Sequence record: NC_047713.1 | Reading direction: 5' to 3' (one strand) | Length of the DNA: 64,000 bases | Shown here: positions 1 to 9,902 of the stretch, one piece after another | Layout: the number at the start of each line of letters is the position of its first letter | Numbering within the stretch: position 1 is the stretch's first letter | Program-made: the position numbers and the translations under genes | The notes under the pieces: model-generated | The model's input: the letters and a program-made list of their open reading frames with translations, nothing else | What the model was told of the DNA's origin: nothing | The model's database searches: none

Positions 1-2
1 TT

Positions 3-554
3 GATGAGAACTTATTTGAGAACCCACCAGATGAGAACTGTAACCTCTATGGATTCTTCCAGAGTGAAAAGTGGTTCTCACATATCAAAGAAGGTATTAA
101 GAAAGAGTTCACTCTAAAGGATGAATACCGGGAAGTGGCACAACTGATGAGAGAACAACTCTCTGGTCAGGTTGTTGCTATTCATGTTCGTAGAACTGAC
201 TACCTATCCAATCCAAACCACGGAGCATTGGGTTTAGATTACTATGAGAAGGCACTGGAGTTGGTTCCTAATAACCTTACAGTAGTTGTATTCACTGATG
301 ATCCAGAGTGGGCTAAAGAACAACCACTCTTTCCAGATGATAGGTTCTTTGTATCAGAGACAGACTGTCCCTATACAGACCTTGCTCTTATGAGTATGTG
401 TGATTATCATATTATTGCCAACAGTTCATACTCTTGGTGGGGTGCATACTTATCTGATAGTAAGAAAGTAATTGCTCCTAAACAGTGGTTTGGGGAACCA
501 CTTAAAACAAATAACCTGAAAGATCTTTATTGTGATGGGTGGGTGAAACTATGA
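3..554 (+). CDS. Glycosyltransferase family 11 (alpha-1,2-fucosyltransferase-like), 5'-truncated by the window edge
   Basis: Frame is open from base 3 (DENLFENPPDENCNLYGFFQSEKWF...). GT11 motifs GFFQSEKWF, AIHVRRTDY, FTDDPEW, DLALMSMCDYHIIANSSYSWWGAYL. Confidence 0.85.
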   Translation, partial: DENLFENPPDENCNLYGFFQSEKWFSHIKEGIKKEFTLKDEYREVAQLMREQLSGQVVAIHVRRTDYLSNPNHGALGLDYYEKALELVPNNLTVVVFTDDPEWAKEQPLFPDDRFFVSETDCPYTDLALMSMCDYHIIANSSYSWWGAYLSDSKKVIAPKQWFGEPLKTNNLKDLYCDGWVKL

Positions 555-1174
555 GTAACTTTGCAAGTGCTAAACAGTTTATCAAGAATGGTATTGATAC
601 ACAACAGGAGTCTATCTCTGGTGGTGGCAGCACTATGGCTTCCACAGTTGCCTTCAGATACTTCCTACCAAAGTATATCAAACAGTATGGTATTGAGAGT
701 ATCTTAGACATTGGGTGTGGTGACTGGCATTGGATGTCTACTATCAGAGAAGAGTTTCCTGATGTAGACTATGAGGGATGGGATGCCTCTGAGGATATGA
801 TTAATCCCATGACTGAGAAGTATGGAACAGAGAATACCAGGTTTGAGGTAAAGGATATCATTGATAACAAGTATCCCAAAGTGGATTTGGTTATCGCTCG
901 TGATGTTCTATTCCACCTCAAAGAGGATTACCTACAGAAGGTTCTCAAGAATATCAGTAAGGCGGGTGTGAAGTATCTACTAGCAACTACCTTTCCAGGT
1001 TTACCTAAGAACGAAGAACTCACTCCTAAGAAATATGACGGTTGGGGATTCAGACCAATCAATCTGGATATCGAGCCTTATAATATGAAAGATTATTGTA
1101 TTAATGATTTCAAGGAAACCACAGCTCCCAACAGAGGGTATCATCGTCATGTGTATTTGTATGAGGTAAAATGA
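551..1174 (+). CDS. Class I SAM-dependent methyltransferase
   Basis: ILDIGCGD motif I, DLVIARDVLFHL; ATG at 551 overlaps the upstream stop. Confidence 0.75.
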   Translation: MSNFASAKQFIKNGIDTQQESISGGGSTMASTVAFRYFLPKYIKQYGIESILDIGCGDWHWMSTIREEFPDVDYEGWDASEDMINPMTEKYGTENTRFEVKDIIDNKYPKVDLVIARDVLFHLKEDYLQKVLKNISKAGVKYLLATTFPGLPKNEELTPKKYDGWGFRPINLDIEPYNMKDYCINDFKETTAPNRGYHRHVYLYEVK

Positions 1175-1323
1175 AGATCGAAATTGAACTCTCTAAAGAT
1201 GTAGAATACAAAGGAGAGAAACTAGGTGAGTATATCTGGAACCTAGAAGAGGGAATTAATCATGTTACTGGTTTTGGTGATTCACTTGAGGAATGTTTTA
1301 AGGAAATTGTGAGGTTTAGATGA
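1171..1323 (+). CDS. Small hypothetical protein (50 aa)
   Basis: MKIEIELSKDVEYKGEKLGEYIWNLEEG...; fills the gap with overlapping start/stop codons at both ends; below the ORF-track cutoff. Confidence 0.5.
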   Translation: MKIEIELSKDVEYKGEKLGEYIWNLEEGINHVTGFGDSLEECFKEIVRFR

Positions 1324-2051
1324 AGAAAGTAGCTATTATCTTTATTGGAACTGGTAGATACCTAGAGTTTCTACCAAAGTATTATGAACAGGCAGAAGCA
1401 AACCTCTTCCCCGACAGACCCAAACACTACTATGTGTTTACTGATGGTGACTTAGGTAATGAACTACCTGATAATGTAACTGTATACGAACAGGAACACC
1501 TTCAATGGCCATACATCACCCTCTATCGTTTCGGTATTATCCAGAAACACCTAGAGGAGATTGAGAAGGAGTGTGGTTTCCTACTCTTTATGGATGCTGA
1601 TACACAGGTAGTATCCCCTGTATCGTTTGATGAAGTATTCAGGAAGGGAAAACCCTATACAGGTGTTCATCACCCCTGCCACGCCCTGAATATGCCACCA
1701 CACAATGAGTTTCCTGGTAGTCTAGAAACTAATACAGCATCCAAGGCAGCATGTAAACCTGGTGATGACTTCTCTGTATATTGGCAAGGTTGTGTATGGG
1801 GTGGAAACATAAAGGGTGCTCGTAAGATTATTGATACTCTCCACCACAGAACTAAACAAGATGAGGAGAATGGAATCATTGCCAAGTGGCATGATGAAAG
1901 TCATATCAATAGATACTTCCTTGATAACAAAGATAAGGTGAATACCCTATCACCTAGTTTCGCATACCCAGAGTCCTTCACTGAGTATATGGAAGACTAC
2001 GAACCTAAGATTGTACACCTAGCAAAAGAGAATTCTAAGTATCAGGTATGA
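1320..2051 (+). CDS. Glycosyltransferase family 6 (ABO blood-group/alpha-1,3-Gal(NAc) transferase-like)
   Basis: IIFIGTGRYLEF, FMDAD (DXD), YWQGCVWGG, WHDESHINRYF (human ABO has WHDESHLNKY), LAKE. Confidence 0.9.
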   Translation: MKKVAIIFIGTGRYLEFLPKYYEQAEANLFPDRPKHYYVFTDGDLGNELPDNVTVYEQEHLQWPYITLYRFGIIQKHLEEIEKECGFLLFMDADTQVVSPVSFDEVFRKGKPYTGVHHPCHALNMPPHNEFPGSLETNTASKAACKPGDDFSVYWQGCVWGGNIKGARKIIDTLHHRTKQDEENGIIAKWHDESHINRYFLDNKDKVNTLSPSFAYPESFTEYMEDYEPKIVHLAKENSKYQV

Positions 2052-2671
2052 GTTACTTCACAGATTATGACAACGAATTCACAGTATTTGAGGCACCAAA
2101 GAACGGGGGAACTACTCTCCGTCTTTGGATATACTACGCAGGAACAGGGGAGTTGGTGAAGTCAGCGGAGTCTGAATACTACGCTGGAACTGGTGAAACA
2201 TACAAACAACTCCAAGAGTGGGGTTATGTGAATGGGGAATATGAGAACCCTAAGACTCAGATGGTATGTATCAAGAGGGACCCTGTAGATAGGTTTGTAA
2301 GTGCCTTCTATGATAAGGTAATCAAAGAGGGGAGAATCAAAGTAACCATCGATGAGTTTCTCTCAAACTATGAAGAGATACTTGATAAGTCTACCCTCAA
2401 GATGAATGATGGTAAGACTAACTTCATGAAGTTTCACTTTGAGTCACAGACATATCACTTTGGTAAAGATAGAGATCTATATCATAAGGTCTTTGATATC
2501 TCAGAGGTCGGTACTGGTTTGAAGAAGTATCTGGAGGGTAAGTGGAATATAGAACTACCTGATGTCCATGCTAGAAATAGTGGTGGTGGTCGGAAGTTTG
2601 ATCTCTCCAGGGGACAACTGAATAAGGTGAAGGAAATCTACACACAGGACTATTATAATGGCTGGTACTGA
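2048..2671 (+). CDS. Sulfotransferase family 2 protein
   Basis: 5'-PSB-like APKNGGTTL, 3'-PB-like KRDPVDRFVSAF, HFESQT. Confidence 0.7.
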   Translation: MSYFTDYDNEFTVFEAPKNGGTTLRLWIYYAGTGELVKSAESEYYAGTGETYKQLQEWGYVNGEYENPKTQMVCIKRDPVDRFVSAFYDKVIKEGRIKVTIDEFLSNYEEILDKSTLKMNDGKTNFMKFHFESQTYHFGKDRDLYHKVFDISEVGTGLKKYLEGKWNIELPDVHARNSGGGRKFDLSRGQLNKVKEIYTQDYYNGWY

Positions 2672-3443
2672 AGGATATATCCTGATAGGTATTGGTGATA
2701 GGTATCTACAGATGACAGAGAACCTCACTAAAACTCTAAAGAAACATGGAGATAATAGAGGATCCCTAACTATCACAAGATCGGATAATAGGGAACTCTA
2801 TAGTGAGTGCAACACTGAGTTTGAGAGGAATGGAACTCTACCTAAGATTACCTTAGATAGATACTTACCTTTTGATCACAATATATTCCTAGATGCTGAT
2901 ATGTTATGTGTAGGTGATACACAACATGTATGGGATCTATTCAGGAGTAGTGATCAGTTTGTTCAACAGGTAGGATGTTTGGGAAGAGATCCTAACTTCC
3001 ACGCTCACCAGTATGAGAGTGAGTTGGGTTTTGAGATTCCTAGAGTCCATGGTGGTTGTATCTACATCAATAGAGAGAAACTAGACCCAGAGTTCTTTCC
3101 CTATATGAGAGAGTGTTTCCTAAACTATAAACAAATATTTCATAATAGTGGTCTAACCTATAAGAATAGTAGACCAGACCAACCACTATACGCTCTAGCA
3201 AATGGTATGTGGGGATTCAAACCTGTGGATCTATACACTAACCCTATCATGACTATTGTGAATGATAGCACCCCACCCCCACTAGATAGTGTGTTCTTCA
3301 ATAAGAAGAGGGGTCCTAAGTTAGATACTCCTGTTCCTTTTGTTCATGTATTCCGTGGAGAAGAGGGTATGTCTAAGGGTTATACTAGAGGTGACCAGAA
3401 GATGTTGTTGTCCCATTATGATTACTACCTGAACTATGAATAA
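2658..3443 (+). CDS. GT-A fold glycosyltransferase, GT8-like
   Basis: IFLDADML, GGCIYIN, DQPLYAL, FVHV. Confidence 0.55.
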   Translation: MAGTEGYILIGIGDRYLQMTENLTKTLKKHGDNRGSLTITRSDNRELYSECNTEFERNGTLPKITLDRYLPFDHNIFLDADMLCVGDTQHVWDLFRSSDQFVQQVGCLGRDPNFHAHQYESELGFEIPRVHGGCIYINREKLDPEFFPYMRECFLNYKQIFHNSGLTYKNSRPDQPLYALANGMWGFKPVDLYTNPIMTIVNDSTPPPLDSVFFNKKRGPKLDTPVPFVHVFRGEEGMSKGYTRGDQKMLLSHYDYYLNYE

Positions 3444-4224
3444 AACTATATGGATGTGTTGGTTCCAGGGTTGGGATAAGGCACCAGAGATTACAGAGAA
3501 GTGTTTAGAGTCCTGGAAACACTACAATAGTGATTGGGATATTGTTCTACTAGATGAATCCAACTACAAGGATTACATCTCCATTGATAAAGAACTACCA
3601 GGACTGAAGACAAACTATATCTCACTGGGTGATATCCTCCGTCTCTTTCTACTAAAAGAGCATGGTGGAGTATGGGCAGATGCAACTATCTTCTGTAACA
3701 AACCAGTGGATTGGGTTTTGGATTATGAGGATTCTTTCATCTTCACCAGGAAGGATAAGATGATTGCCTCTTGGTTTGTTGCTGCTCAGAAAGATTCCCA
3801 TGTTGTAGATGTATGGTATAATAAGATGTTAGAGTTCTGGAAGTATCGTATGGAAAATACAGATACTTTCGAGCAACAATATGGTTGGATACACGCTTTG
3901 TTCCGTCAGTCCTACGCTCAGGATAAGGGGTTCAGGGATATTGTAGATAGTATGGATAAGATTGATTGCATGAGTGATGGTCAATCTAGAGGTAAGGGTC
4001 CGCACTTCTTTGCACCCTACAGTAAATACTTCTACAACCCTATCAGTGACACGATAAAGAATCGTATAGACTCTAAAGTTGATCCACTATATAAGTTGTC
4101 TTACAAGGCAAACACAGACTGGAGAAGTCCAGAGAACAGGGGTATCCACCCAGCAGACCAAAAGATTATGTTGGAATATCCAACTAACAGTGAACTACAT
4201 TATCTACTCAACACATTAAAATGA
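3436..4224 (+). CDS. Capsular polysaccharide synthesis protein (GT32-like, DXD)
   Basis: KTIWMCWFQG, CLESWKHYN, DILRLFLLKEHGGVWADAT, IASWFVAA. Confidence 0.75.
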   Translation: MNKTIWMCWFQGWDKAPEITEKCLESWKHYNSDWDIVLLDESNYKDYISIDKELPGLKTNYISLGDILRLFLLKEHGGVWADATIFCNKPVDWVLDYEDSFIFTRKDKMIASWFVAAQKDSHVVDVWYNKMLEFWKYRMENTDTFEQQYGWIHALFRQSYAQDKGFRDIVDSMDKIDCMSDGQSRGKGPHFFAPYSKYFYNPISDTIKNRIDSKVDPLYKLSYKANTDWRSPENRGIHPADQKIMLEYPTNSELHYLLNTLK

Positions 4225-5126
4225 CAAATAAATCATTGGTTACCGGTGGCGCGGGTTTCATCGGGTCACATATTGTGGACCGACTTATTACACTAGGACA
4301 TCAAGTCGTAGTGATTGACAATGAATCCTCTGATGGTCATGATGAATACCATTGGAACAGAAGCGGACAAGTACAAAACCATAAGGCAGACATTCGTGAC
4401 TACGATGCAATCAAACACTTGTTTGGTGGAGTCAATAATGTTTTTCACCTTGCCGCTAAAGCATCAGTACAGGCGTCAGTAGATAACCCCCTACCAACTA
4501 TTGCCACACAGGTAATGGGAACCGCCAATGTATTGGAGGCAGCACGACAATCTGGTGTGAGTAAGTTTGTATATTCCTCTACGAGTGCCTGTTACGGCAA
4601 CAACAACCCCATTCCTAATGTAGAAACGATGAGAGAAGACCCTCTCAACGCCTACGCTATTGGTAAGTTATCTGGGGAACAACTAGTTCGTGCCTATCAC
4701 TACCTCTATGGTATGAAGACGGTGGCATTCCGTTATACCAATGTATATGGGGAGAGGGCAAGACATGTAGGACACTATGCTCCTGCTGTTAGTAAGTTCC
4801 TAAAGATGAGAGCACAGGGAGAACCCCTAACTATCTTTGGTGATGGTGCCCAACGCCGGGACTTTATTCATGTATCTGATGTAGTCAACGCTAACTGCTG
4901 TATTACCTATGAGGAACTAGAGCAGTGGGGTGAGACCTATAACATTGGTTATGGTAAGAACTGGAGTATCCAAGAGATCGCAGACTCTATCAGTCAGGAA
5001 CAGATTCACCTATCTGCTCGTACTGGTGAGATGCGTGAGACGCTTGCTGATATTGGGAAGGCAAAGGCAGAGTTGATGTGGAAACCAAAGACTGACATCA
5101 TGGATTGGATTAGGGTACAACTCTGA
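4221..5126 (+). CDS. NAD-dependent nucleotide-sugar epimerase/dehydratase
   Basis: LVTGGAGFIGSH, FHLAA, YAIGK (YxxxK), FRYTNVYG, RDFIHVSD. Confidence 0.9.
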   Translation: MTNKSLVTGGAGFIGSHIVDRLITLGHQVVVIDNESSDGHDEYHWNRSGQVQNHKADIRDYDAIKHLFGGVNNVFHLAAKASVQASVDNPLPTIATQVMGTANVLEAARQSGVSKFVYSSTSACYGNNNPIPNVETMREDPLNAYAIGKLSGEQLVRAYHYLYGMKTVAFRYTNVYGERARHVGHYAPAVSKFLKMRAQGEPLTIFGDGAQRRDFIHVSDVVNANCCITYEELEQWGETYNIGYGKNWSIQEIADSISQEQIHLSARTGEMRETLADIGKAKAELMWKPKTDIMDWIRVQL

Positions 5127-5743
5127 TGCCAGTATTTCAGAAGGACAACAAGAAAGTTCTATTCATCCATGTTCCCAAGACTGCAGGAAGTTCTGTGAAT
5201 AAACTCTTTGTGAATAATGGATATGAAATGTCCTACTATTCTGAGAGTTCTAAAGATCTATACAATGGATTATGTGGACCACAACATCTGGACTCACTTC
5301 TATTGGAAGATGAGTTCCAAGATTTCTCTCAGTTTGATTATATCTTCTCTATCTTCAGAGACCCAGTAGACAGACATCTATCTGAGTTCACCTGGGCACC
5401 CTGGGGACTAATGGGTAGAAACATCTACACACCAGAAAGATTTGATGAGTGGTGTCCTAAGATATTCAGAGCGTATCAGGACTCACCATATAGGATGGAT
5501 AATCACATTAGACCTCAACATGAGTTCTATGTCAATGGATGTGATGTGTATGACTATGAAAATATCAATACACTCACAGAGAAACTATGTGATAAAATAG
5601 GTCTAGATAATAAAGAGATGCCATATGAAAGGTCTTCACGATATGATAGTGAGGATTATGTCATCTATGAAGATACTTACAATTGTATTACTGAATTTTA
5701 CAAAGGAGACTATCAATGGCAAAAGGATTCAGTCCTGTTGTGA
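5126..5743 (+). CDS. Sulfotransferase family 2 protein
   Basis: FIHVPKTAGSSV, FRDPVDRHLSEF, HIRPQHEF. Confidence 0.8.
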   Translation: MPVFQKDNKKVLFIHVPKTAGSSVNKLFVNNGYEMSYYSESSKDLYNGLCGPQHLDSLLLEDEFQDFSQFDYIFSIFRDPVDRHLSEFTWAPWGLMGRNIYTPERFDEWCPKIFRAYQDSPYRMDNHIRPQHEFYVNGCDVYDYENINTLTEKLCDKIGLDNKEMPYERSSRYDSEDYVIYEDTYNCITEFYKGDYQWQKDSVLL

Positions 5744-6594
5744 CTAAGGATAAGAACAAGTCCCAGTTCAAACTACAGGGTGTTCCTAGGATTTACTACA
5801 TCAGTTTAGATGATCATGCTCATCGTCAAGACTATATGGAGTCCCAGTTTGAAGACTGGGGCATCACTAACTTCGAAAGAATCTCTGCTCATGATGGTAG
5901 AGGTGATAATGATCTGAGTGATATTCTCAAAGGATCTTATCCAAAGATGATGAGTTCTGGTGAGGTTGGTTGTGTAACCTCTCACCTAAAGGCACTAAAA
6001 CACTGGTTAGATACTACAGAGGGTGAAGAGTTTCTCCTTATGATGGAGGATGATTGTGATATCTCCACTGCTTCCCACTGGGGGTTCTCCTGGAGAGAGT
6101 TTGTTGGGAATATTCCATCCCATGTAGATTGTGTTCAGTTGGCAGTTATCAACCCGGCAGAACTACATATCAAACTCCATATCAGGTTTGTGAATGATTT
6201 CTCCACTGCCTCATACCTAATCCGTAGATCACACGCAGAGAAGTTAGTTAGACTCTATTGTAGGGGTGATAAGTATAAACTTGATAGTGATATCAAACCC
6301 AGAGCAGTTGCTGATGATCTTATCTACAACTCTGGTGTGACTCTTGCTATGCCTCTATTTGCCTTCAAGATTGCACTAGGTTCCAGTATCCATGATGTCC
6401 ATATCAATACCTTCCACAAGAGTAGTCATGATGGTATCTGGGAGTTTTGGAAGAAAACAGCACCAACTATTGAGAACTGGAAACCATTCTTCAACTATGA
6501 TGCCTATCTGGGAACCCTACCACCCAATGTTGTGGTTCAACAATGGCAGCAAAAACAGGAATCCAAAGCAAAAGATTCAGGGGCTTCGCAATAG
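5716..6594 (+). CDS. Glycosyltransferase family 25 (LPS/LOS biosynthesis-like)
   Basis: IYYISLDD..HR, FERISAHDG, GEVGCVTSHLKAL, MEDD, TASYLI. Confidence 0.8.
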   Translation: MAKGFSPVVTKDKNKSQFKLQGVPRIYYISLDDHAHRQDYMESQFEDWGITNFERISAHDGRGDNDLSDILKGSYPKMMSSGEVGCVTSHLKALKHWLDTTEGEEFLLMMEDDCDISTASHWGFSWREFVGNIPSHVDCVQLAVINPAELHIKLHIRFVNDFSTASYLIRRSHAEKLVRLYCRGDKYKLDSDIKPRAVADDLIYNSGVTLAMPLFAFKIALGSSIHDVHINTFHKSSHDGIWEFWKKTAPTIENWKPFFNYDAYLGTLPPNVVVQQWQQKQESKAKDSGASQ

Positions 6595-6638
6595 AACATA
6601 TATATGTTATAATATTTACATTCACCCATGAGGTTATT

Positions 6639-6758
6639 ATGAAATTTGGTTTTACCCCCGAAGCAGAAATCCTAAACGCTCGTTTGGCAATGTTGGGATT
6701 CGTTATCGCCGTAGGCACTTACTTGACCACAGGTCAGATTATTCCAGGAGTTCTTTGA
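6639..6758 (+). CDS. hli: High-light inducible protein
   Basis: [21 protein letters not shown], chlorophyll-binding ExxNxRxAM motif; extended -10 TGTTATAAT just upstream. Confidence 0.9.
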   Translation: MKFGFTPEAEILNARLAMLGFVIAVGTYLTTGQIIPGVL

Positions 6759-7051
6759 TGGCGTTTTCTGTAACACTTAGATCACCTACTGGTGAAGATA
6801 AAGTTGTAACAGTGGAGGGAGATCAATACATCCTAGATGCCGCAGAGGAAGCGGGTGTAGATCTCCCATATTCATGTAGAGCTGGTGCTTGTTCATCCTG
6901 TGCAGGTAAGATTGTATCTGGAAAGGTGAATCAAGAAGACCAGTCATTCTTAGATGATGATCAGATCGAAGCAGGTTTCGCACTCTTATGTGTAGCTTAT
7001 GCCGAATCTGATTGTGTGATTGAGACGGAAAAAGAGGAAACCCTTTACTGA
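6758..7051 (+). CDS. petF: Plant-type [2Fe-2S] ferredoxin
   Basis: [15 protein letters not shown]...LLCVAY; TGATG overlap with hli. Confidence 0.97.
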   Translation: MAFSVTLRSPTGEDKVVTVEGDQYILDAAEEAGVDLPYSCRAGACSSCAGKIVSGKVNQEDQSFLDDDQIEAGFALLCVAYAESDCVIETEKEETLY

Positions 7052-7056
7052 GACTG

Positions 7057-7206
7057 ATGTCTAATCCAAACGCTCTATATGAAGATATGGAGAAACTGAA
7101 TGCCCTCTACGAAGAACTTTGTTGGGGGCATAACGATGAACTACAATTTTCCCATGACGGGGAGAGCATTATTATTACCAATAAAACCCAGGAGAAACAA
7201 AAATGA
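7057..7206 (+). CDS. Small cyanophage hypothetical protein (49 aa)
   Basis: MSNPNALYEDMEKLNALYEELCWGHNDELQF...; ATGA overlap with the next hli. Confidence 0.6.
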   Translation: MSNPNALYEDMEKLNALYEELCWGHNDELQFSHDGESIIITNKTQEKQK

Positions 7207-7412
7207 CAGTAACAACTGAAGACGGCGGACGCACAAACATGTACGCCACTGAACCCACTATGTTTATTGATCCTTCTTACACTGAGAAGTATGGTTTAGA
7301 AACACACGCTGAACGAGCTGAAACAGCAAACGGGCGTTGGGCAATGATTGGATTTGTTTCTGGTATTGTATCCTATGTTATTACTGGTAACTTCTTCTTT
7401 GGTGTTATCTAA
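7203..7412 (+). CDS. hli: High-light inducible protein
   Basis: AETANGRWAMIGF motif; TTEDGGRTNMYATEP N-terminus typical of phage hli. Confidence 0.9.
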   Translation: MTVTTEDGGRTNMYATEPTMFIDPSYTEKYGLETHAERAETANGRWAMIGFVSGIVSYVITGNFFFGVI

Positions 7413-7418
7413 TATTAG

Positions 7419-7447
7419 AAGGAGGGTTTGATACCCTCCTTTTTTTG
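7419..7447 (+). terminator. Rho-independent terminator
   Basis: AAGGAGGGT-ttgat-ACCCTCCTT followed by a T run. Confidence 0.85.
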
Positions 7448-7453
7448 TGCTCC

Positions 7454-7461
7454 TATAAATA
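7454..7461 (+). promoter_or_regulatory. T4-type late promoter
   Basis: TATAAATA about 30 nt upstream of a fibre gene. Confidence 0.75.
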
Positions 7462-7493
7462 CCTTCTAGGCACCCACACACCTTCGTATCAAA

Positions 7494-9902
7494 ATGGCAT
7501 TTAAGATTAATGGCGTAGTACGCATTGATAATAGTGGCAACGGTTTTCTGGGAATTGTAACCGCTACCGACGCTAATATCACAGGAGTTCTCACTGCCAC
7601 TGAGGTGGATGCGAAAGTATCATCTAAGGCAATAACTGAACAAACAGATGGAACCGTAGATGATGTAACTGGTGCAGATGAACTATTACTATTAGATGCC
7701 GAGACTGGTGGATTACTAAGAGTATCAATAGATGAGTTCGTGCAGGGTTCAGGCATTGGAACTCTAGTAACGGACTTTGATAACTTAACTGTTACTGGTA
7801 TCACAACCGTTGCCACCCTCAAAGGTATTGGATCTAGTAATATCAGTGTAGGAAGTTCACTTTCCTTTGCTGATGGTACAGAGATCATCATGGGTGACTC
7901 TGGTGACTTCAGTATTCATCATGATGGTGATCATACTTACCTAGATGAGACGGGGCAGGGTAATCTAAAACTCCGTACAAATAACTTTAGAGTAACAAAT
8001 ATAGCAGAAACAAAACCAGCTATTACAGCACAGGTTACTTCTGGTGTTGAGTTGTATTTTGATGGTAATAAGAAGATAGAAACTACAAATACTGGTGTTC
8101 TTGTGAGTGGTATGCTCACTGCTGATAGATTAAGATCAGGTGATATTGCTGCTAGAAATGTAATCACACTGGGCATTACCACTATTCAAGATCACCTAGA
8201 GGTGAATGATAGTACTGGTTCTGGTACCGAATACAATCTCAATGTTAAGACCAATGGTAGTTCTACCTTTGGTGTCTTAGGTAATGGAAATATTCTACTT
8301 GGAAACAGTTCCGGTGCTCCATTCATGGCGACGAATGATCACCACGCAACTTCCAAGAAGTATGTGGATGATGCTATTGATGATTCCGTCAGCTACATCG
8401 GCGCTAGTGCTTGGGGTAGTGTTGCTGCTGATGGATCACTTCGGAATGGACTAAACTGCACAACTTCACAAACAAGTGGAGGGGTTTATCAAGTCACGTT
8501 CACAACTCCTCTTCCTAATGCAAACTATGCTATCACTGGAGCATCTAGTGATAGTGCTTTCTGGGTAAAAGATGGTTCAGAAACAGTCAATGGATTTACA
8601 GTTTATATAGTTGATGTAGATGGAAATTCAATAAATAGAGATTTATCCTTCGCCGTCTTCAGTGCCAACGCCATCGTGCCGCCGTCAGGCGTAGGCGCTG
8701 ACGCCTGGGGAACATTCTCTGGAACGACTGGCGACCTGCAAGCTGGGATGAATATCAGCTCAACTACACGTACTGCCCTAGGAGAATATGACGTAGAATT
8801 TATAACCGAGATGCCTTCGGACTCAGAATATGCCGTAACCGCAGTATCTAATGCAAGTCAAGCAAAGTTTATTAATATACGCAATAAGTCTACAAGTGGT
8901 TTTAAGGTTGTAACTAGAGATGGTTCTGGAAATATTTCTGACGGAGCCGTATCCTTTGCCGTCCACGCATCATCAACAGTCACGCCAACCTATACCTGGA
9001 CACGCGACGGCACAACGCTGAAGACTGCTAATGATGGTGATGATGTAGAGGTGAACGGTCGGGGCCTTTTCGAAAGCAGCGAGCCGGCTGACTATGTTGT
9101 GAGAGTAAAAAACACCGACACAGGTACTATCAATCCCGCATGTTTGCTGCTGGACATGCGAGATGTCGATGCTTCTAATAATTATTCAGCCTTAAGGGTA
9201 GTAGGTTACAACACTACAACAGGTCTTGATATAAATTCAGACGGCGCTCTCACGACTCAGGGACAGATAACCGCAAACGTCAGTAACCAAGGCGGAGAGA
9301 ATAGTGCAATCAAGGCAATTCAAACCAACTCCAACGGGTATGCGGTATGGGTTGGTGATGGACCTAACTCTACAGATAGAACCGCTTCTATAGGCCCTGA
9401 TGGAAGAGCCACGTTTTCCTCCGGCAAAATTTCGCTGGGTCCGACCGGCTCGGGGACGTTTGCAGACAATAACATCTTCCTGCAGTCGGACGGACAAGTC
9501 AGATGCACGAACGTAATTACATCTTCAGCTTTGGCAGGCTCAGGCACCAGACCATTATATGCCGACTCATCTGGTGGTTTAACTATCAGCTCTTCTGATC
9601 GTAGTTTGAAGACGAACATCACTACTCTTCCTGATCAGATACAAGTAGTCAAAGCATTAAATCCCGTTTCGTTTAATTGGATAGAGAAAGAAAGACTAGG
9701 TGCAGGTCTTGAAATTGGATTTATTGCTCAAGAAGTAGAAGAAATCGTTCCTGAGGTTGTTCGTAGCACTGCCGGAATACTTTCAGTAGATTATGCAAAA
9801 TTAACCGCAACTTTAACGTCTGCCCTACAGATAGCACTCACCCGCATCGAAGCCCTCGAAGCGAAAGTCCAATCACTCGAAGAAGGTGTGACACCTGACT
9901 AA
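7494..9902 (+). CDS. Tail fibre-like protein with C-terminal intramolecular chaperone (peptidase S74) domain
   Basis: SSDRSLKTNI..LNPVSFNW..IGFIAQEVEEIVPEVV..VDYAKL plus a terminal coiled coil; two tandem AWG...G.Y.V.F.T..P...YA...GF.V...SFAV domains. Confidence 0.8.
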   Translation: MAFKINGVVRIDNSGNGFLGIVTATDANITGVLTATEVDAKVSSKAITEQTDGTVDDVTGADELLLLDAETGGLLRVSIDEFVQGSGIGTLVTDFDNLTVTGITTVATLKGIGSSNISVGSSLSFADGTEIIMGDSGDFSIHHDGDHTYLDETGQGNLKLRTNNFRVTNIAETKPAITAQVTSGVELYFDGNKKIETTNTGVLVSGMLTADRLRSGDIAARNVITLGITTIQDHLEVNDSTGSGTEYNLNVKTNGSSTFGVLGNGNILLGNSSGAPFMATNDHHATSKKYVDDAIDDSVSYIGASAWGSVAADGSLRNGLNCTTSQTSGGVYQVTFTTPLPNANYAITGASSDSAFWVKDGSETVNGFTVYIVDVDGNSINRDLSFAVFSANAIVPPSGVGADAWGTFSGTTGDLQAGMNISSTTRTALGEYDVEFITEMPSDSEYAVTAVSNASQAKFINIRNKSTSGFKVVTRDGSGNISDGAVSFAVHASSTVTPTYTWTRDGTTLKTANDGDDVEVNGRGLFESSEPADYVVRVKNTDTGTINPACLLLDMRDVDASNNYSALRVVGYNTTTGLDINSDGALTTQGQITANVSNQGGENSAIKAIQTNSNGYAVWVGDGPNSTDRTASIGPDGRATFSSGKISLGPTGSGTFADNNIFLQSDGQVRCTNVITSSALAGSGTRPLYADSSGGLTISSSDRSLKTNITTLPDQIQVVKALNPVSFNWIEKERLGAGLEIGFIAQEVEEIVPEVVRSTAGILSVDYAKLTATLTSALQIALTRIEALEAKVQSLEEGVTPD

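Noticed and set aside
6605-6622. HLR1 (RpaB) site upstream of hli
   Set aside because: One exact half-site (TTTACATT), but the second half is mismatched, wrongly spaced and coincides with the -10 box.
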